A DNA stretch of 63,720 nucleotides, counting the filler, from Lenisia limosa (taxonomy: Eukaryota > Protista > Breviatea), in the NCBI GenBank assembly GCA_001655205.1. It is 14 parts of 14 records of this genome, joined end to end, with 100 filler letters (N's around TTAATTAATTAA, not from the genome) between each part and the next. Parts side by side here need not be neighbours in the genome. Positions count along the whole stretch, not along the records: positions 59,855 to 61,732 come from LPNZ01006153.1; positions 61,833 to 63,720 come from LPNZ01004128.1; 12 more parts are not named here. The stretch is one strand, 5' to 3'. Below the pieces are notes generated by a model, which saw only the letters and a program-made list of their open reading frames with translations, had not been told where the DNA came from and did not search any database. Made by a program: the position numbers and the translations under genes. Position 1 is the stretch's first letter. Each line of letters starts with the position of its first letter. Positions 60,012 through 63,720 of this stretch are shown piece by piece.

Positions 60012-61551
60012 CAGCAATCTCGGTTTACTGGGGTGTTGTCAGCCATTGACACTCTGCTGCTTTCGATCTTCGTGTTTGAGATCCTGTTCAAGTGGTACTA
60101 CTCCTTTTGGGACTTTTGGAAGACGGGATGGAACGTTTTCGACTTTCTTATTGTCGCCGTGTCCCTCTTGGGCCCTANNNNNNNNNNNNNNNNNNNNNNN
60201 NNNNNNNNNNNNNNNNNNNNNNNNNNNNNNNNNNNNNNNNNNNNNNNNNNNNNNNNNNNNNNNNNNNNNNNNNNNNNNNNNNNNNNNNNNNNNNNNNNNC
60301 TTTCAGACGTGTCGTTCATTTCATCTGGTCGAGTGTTGAGGGTGTTGCGAGTTGTCCGGGCGCTACGGACGATTTCGGCCCTCGCCGGCCTTCAAAGTCG
60401 GTCCCGCTTGCAATATGGGGTAGTCTTTTTGATATTATGCTATCTTGGGGTGTGGACGGGGATATATTTATATATATATATATTACAATGAGAAATTAAT
60501 CCAAGGCTGTATCTGGCCAAAGCCGTCCGCACTTTCAGAGATATTGTTTTGTAGTGTAACATTAATTCACCCAATCGTTTGCCTTACAACTCTGTGCACA
60601 CAGCTTTCTGCGTGCCTCCCCAGATACACAAATATATAGCATATGCATATGACTACTTTCACCCTTTTCTGACAAAGGTTGCCTTTTTGGTTCAAAATAC
60701 TGTTTTGTTAGATTCTCGTAGGAATACAGGAGCTGAAGGAAATGATCCATTAATAACCCTGCAGTTATTGTGCAAACGATTCTTCGGTCCATGCCGGATA
60801 TGGGCAATATTCTGCTCCTGCTCTTCATCGTGATGTTCATCTTTTCCGTTATTGGTGTCAATATCTTCTCGTCGGTAAGCATGGGTTGTGTGATCCAGAT
60901 ACAAATGAATGTTTGTTGCCATGTTTTCCCTGTACAATCCCCGGCATTTTTATGGTCCCTTGGTCAGCTGCTAAGAATTTACTTCCTGTTACTTTGGTTT
61001 TTATCACTTCCCCTTTTTATCTTGCAACAAAGAGTTATCCCCTTTTTATCTTGCAATATCCGTCAATTATTTGTAATATGAAAACTAACATCAGATATAT
61101 TTTCTTGCTGTTGCGTGTATTTATTTGTTTTGCCCGAACCCCCTTATTGCCCAGACCTCTCCGAAATACTTTGGATCCATGGATACGACCCTCTATACCC
61201 TGTTCATCTGCGTCACCCAAGATGGATGGGCTAAAATATTCACTGTTTTGGAGGTATGGGGGGGGGGGGGTNNNNNNNNNNNNNNNNNNNNNNNNNNNNN
61301 NNNNNNNNNNNNNNNNNNNNNNNNNNAATATTTCGCCACAGAAGAGGCTTGATATGTTTCACAAAAGTAAATTCACGTGTTTGTCGCAATTATTCCCTCC
61401 TTTGTTATTTAGTTGTTTTATCCAATATCTTAGAAACGTGATGGTGTTAACGTCTTCGGTACAACGCTATTGTTTATCTCGTTACTCGTTTAGGAGGGAG
61501 GCATGTTCGAAGCGGCAGCTATATATTTCACAGCTTTCATTACGGGTGGGA
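60012..61551 (+). CDS. CATSPER4: CatSper4-like cation channel pore subunit, partial
   Basis: WKTGWNVFDFLIV, S4 RVLRVLRVVRALR, RSMPDMGNILLLLFIVMFIFSVIGV, pore LYTLFICVTQDGW, AIYFTAFITVG; TQDGW filter is the CatSper4 signature. Confidence 0.85.
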
Positions 61552-62586
61552 AGTGCTTCTTTGATTCTTTTGGTGATGATTTTTCTCTCATATTTATTTT
61601 TGTCCATTTTTGGCGTTAATTTTCCTACATATTATCCTTTTTTCAGACCAAACACTAGAGTTGTATTGTCACCTGGAAATCATTGAAAGCCGTTCACACC
61701 ACATTAAAGTCTCACCCCCCCCCCCCAGTTGGNNNNNNNNNNNNNNNNNNNNNNNNNNNNNNNNNNNNNNNNNNNNTTAATTAATTAANNNNNNNNNNNN
61801 NNNNNNNNNNNNNNNNNNNNNNNNNNNNNNNNATTACGAGCTACGCCTCAACGGGGGGGGGGGTCACAGACATTATTTTATTACCCACCTCAGTGTCCGT
61901 CACAATGGAAGGCTCCACTTCAGATAAAGAATTCTAAAGACTAAGCGCACTTGTTCGGTTTACATGAGAACGTTCCAAATATGAACGTACATATCAAAAA
62001 CCTTCCAAACACTTGTCCCCTATCCACCTGCTGTGGAACACGGGGCTTCTGCGTGGGTGAAGACGGGGCTGAGACAAGGGGTGCTTGCAGCGTAGCCCTT
62101 TTGGAAATAAAAAAAAAATAAAAAAATAACGAAAAAAGGAGAAGACACGTCGCAATGAAAATTCCAAAACCATCAGTGGGGGTTGGCCCCAAAGGATTAA
62201 GCGTAAAATCAAATCGTAAACTCTTTTCAATGAAACAACTGAATATTACTATGCCCCTGTTTGAACCCACGATTGTGGGACAATAAGTGGGGGTGCGGCG
62301 GTGCTGAAGTCAACTTGGCGCTGAGCTAGGGCGCGCGGCATAGATTGGCGCTTTCCCCTGAGGGATGAGAGTGACTCAATCTCTTGCCCACTGGGAATAC
62401 ACAAGGCTATATGCATAATATATGATATGAAAATTTTATGACCTTAATTATTTCATAGTGCTAGTATTATCTGTACCTAGGACCCCCCCCCCCCCCNNNN
62501 NNNNNNNNNNNNNNNNNNNNNNNNNNNNNNNNNNNNNNNNNNNNNNNNNNNNNNNNNNNNNNNNNNNNNNNNNNNNNNNNNNNNNN

Positions 62587-63646
62587 GCCGGTGACGTCAG
62601 CGACAGTGTCGGTGTCGCCATGGGCGTCGCGTTGGTAATGCCGGTCTTCTGGGAGGTAAACGAAGGACATTTCAATGATGAAAATTGGCATAAAGGTAGA
62701 TAATCATGATAATCGCGGTGACATTTCATCTGGTTTATTGTATAAAATGAGGGAGAGAGAATCCCAAAATGCTCACGTTTTCGGTGTTTTCGTCCCATTT
62801 GATCGTTTTGGAGACAAAAGAGGTCCGGGCTACAAAGGTCAAACTTGGTAGAAAAGACAAGCAAACAAACGAACAGGATGACAATTCAACTACGAGTGAA
62901 ACACATTTTCAATAATATACTATGATATAGCTATGTCATAAGATATGCTATATTCAAGCTGGAGATTTATCTTAGTTCCCACTGAAAGTTCTGAGAGAGG
63001 ATTTCCTAGGTTGGCTTCTCCGCAGTTTGTGTGGAGTGTGAACCCTATAAAGTGTCAGATCTCACGTCAGCATCCAATTATCGACCGGCATCACTTTGAG
63101 CCGATTTTAGGAAAGAGTAGGAAGTTGACATATCATAGAAATTTCTGAGAGGAGAGAAAAGAAGAATATGAAAGTAACAAACTTGCACGGAATTATATGT
63201 CTTTCTGTACTCTTCACTATTCTCATTGTGCTATATAGGGAAGTTAAGTTACCCAACCCACGCGCGTCTTCTTGATAGTAACTCGCGGGCAGAAGCGGAC
63301 AGTTCGTCTGCCTTCCTAATTGACTGGCTTAGACTCGAATGTTTGTTGGTTACGGCCTGATACATCAATCATGCAAGCTTAATCCACTGCATATTGGAAT
63401 ACCAAAAATTGGCCAAACCTATCACTGTTCAAGGTACAACTAGATATCATATGTCGTAATTATATGTATCATATGCCATTTTATCCGGCTAATAATGTCA
63501 AAATCGAAACTGAAACGCGGTGACTATCTGAATATGGCTTCCCACCTTGGAAGGAGTCGGAGGGGTCGGGATTTTGAAGTCGACGGGTTCGTCATCTTGG
63601 CTGTCCAGGCCGGGGGCATCAAATTCAATGATGCTTGCGTCGAGGT
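62587..63646 (-). CDS. Uncharacterised multi-exon gene fragment (acidic/low complexity)
   Basis: Exons EAPDLDASIIEFDAPGLDSQDDEPVDFKIPDPSDSFQ and an exon following a family-D acceptor at 62649. Confidence 0.4.
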
Positions 63647-63720
63647 CCGGGGCCTCCACTATAGAATGAAAATAAGGCTCTTTGGCCGAATGTTAATAAG
63701 GGATACTGATGGTGTTAAAT

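Noticed and set aside
2036-61788. Regularly recurring TTAATTAATTAA palindrome
   Set aside because: Always centred in an exact 100-bp N spacer; an assembly concatenation linker, not biology
932-62864. Many listed ORFs containing X runs
   Set aside because: They are open only because N gaps hide stops; not evidence of genes

Overview
Eukaryotic, AT-rich, intron-dense DNA from an unidentified flagellated protist-like organism. The window is not one locus: 13 artificial spacers (44 N + TTAATTAATTAA + 44 N) join 14 unrelated scaffolds, so adjacency across spacers is meaningless and most genes are partial. By manual exon stitching I recognise RPA3, a severin/fragmin-type 3-domain gelsolin, a TRIP12/UPL3-like HECT ligase fragment, two AAAP/SLC38-like transporter paralogs, a stand-alone C-CAP, RECQL1-like helicase, VPS35, CFAP251/WDR66, UGGT, AXDND1, a GH25 protist-type lysozyme, a TNFR-like Cys-rich secreted protein, WDR61/SKI8, BET3/TRAPPC3, AP3B and a CatSper4-like channel, plus several uncharacterised genes. 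Introns carry several small non-autonomous transposon families (hAT-type MITE with 8-bp TSD, Tc1/mariner-type MITE with TA TSD, a ~840-bp foldback). The most unusual signal is intron architecture: many introns open with a G-tract right after GT and close with a C-tract before AG, some unrelated genes share a homologous, sense-oriented 3'-splice-site cassette, and splice-junction sequences are repeatedly tandem-duplicated. All gene models are by-eye splicing inferences with no RNA evidence or database search.
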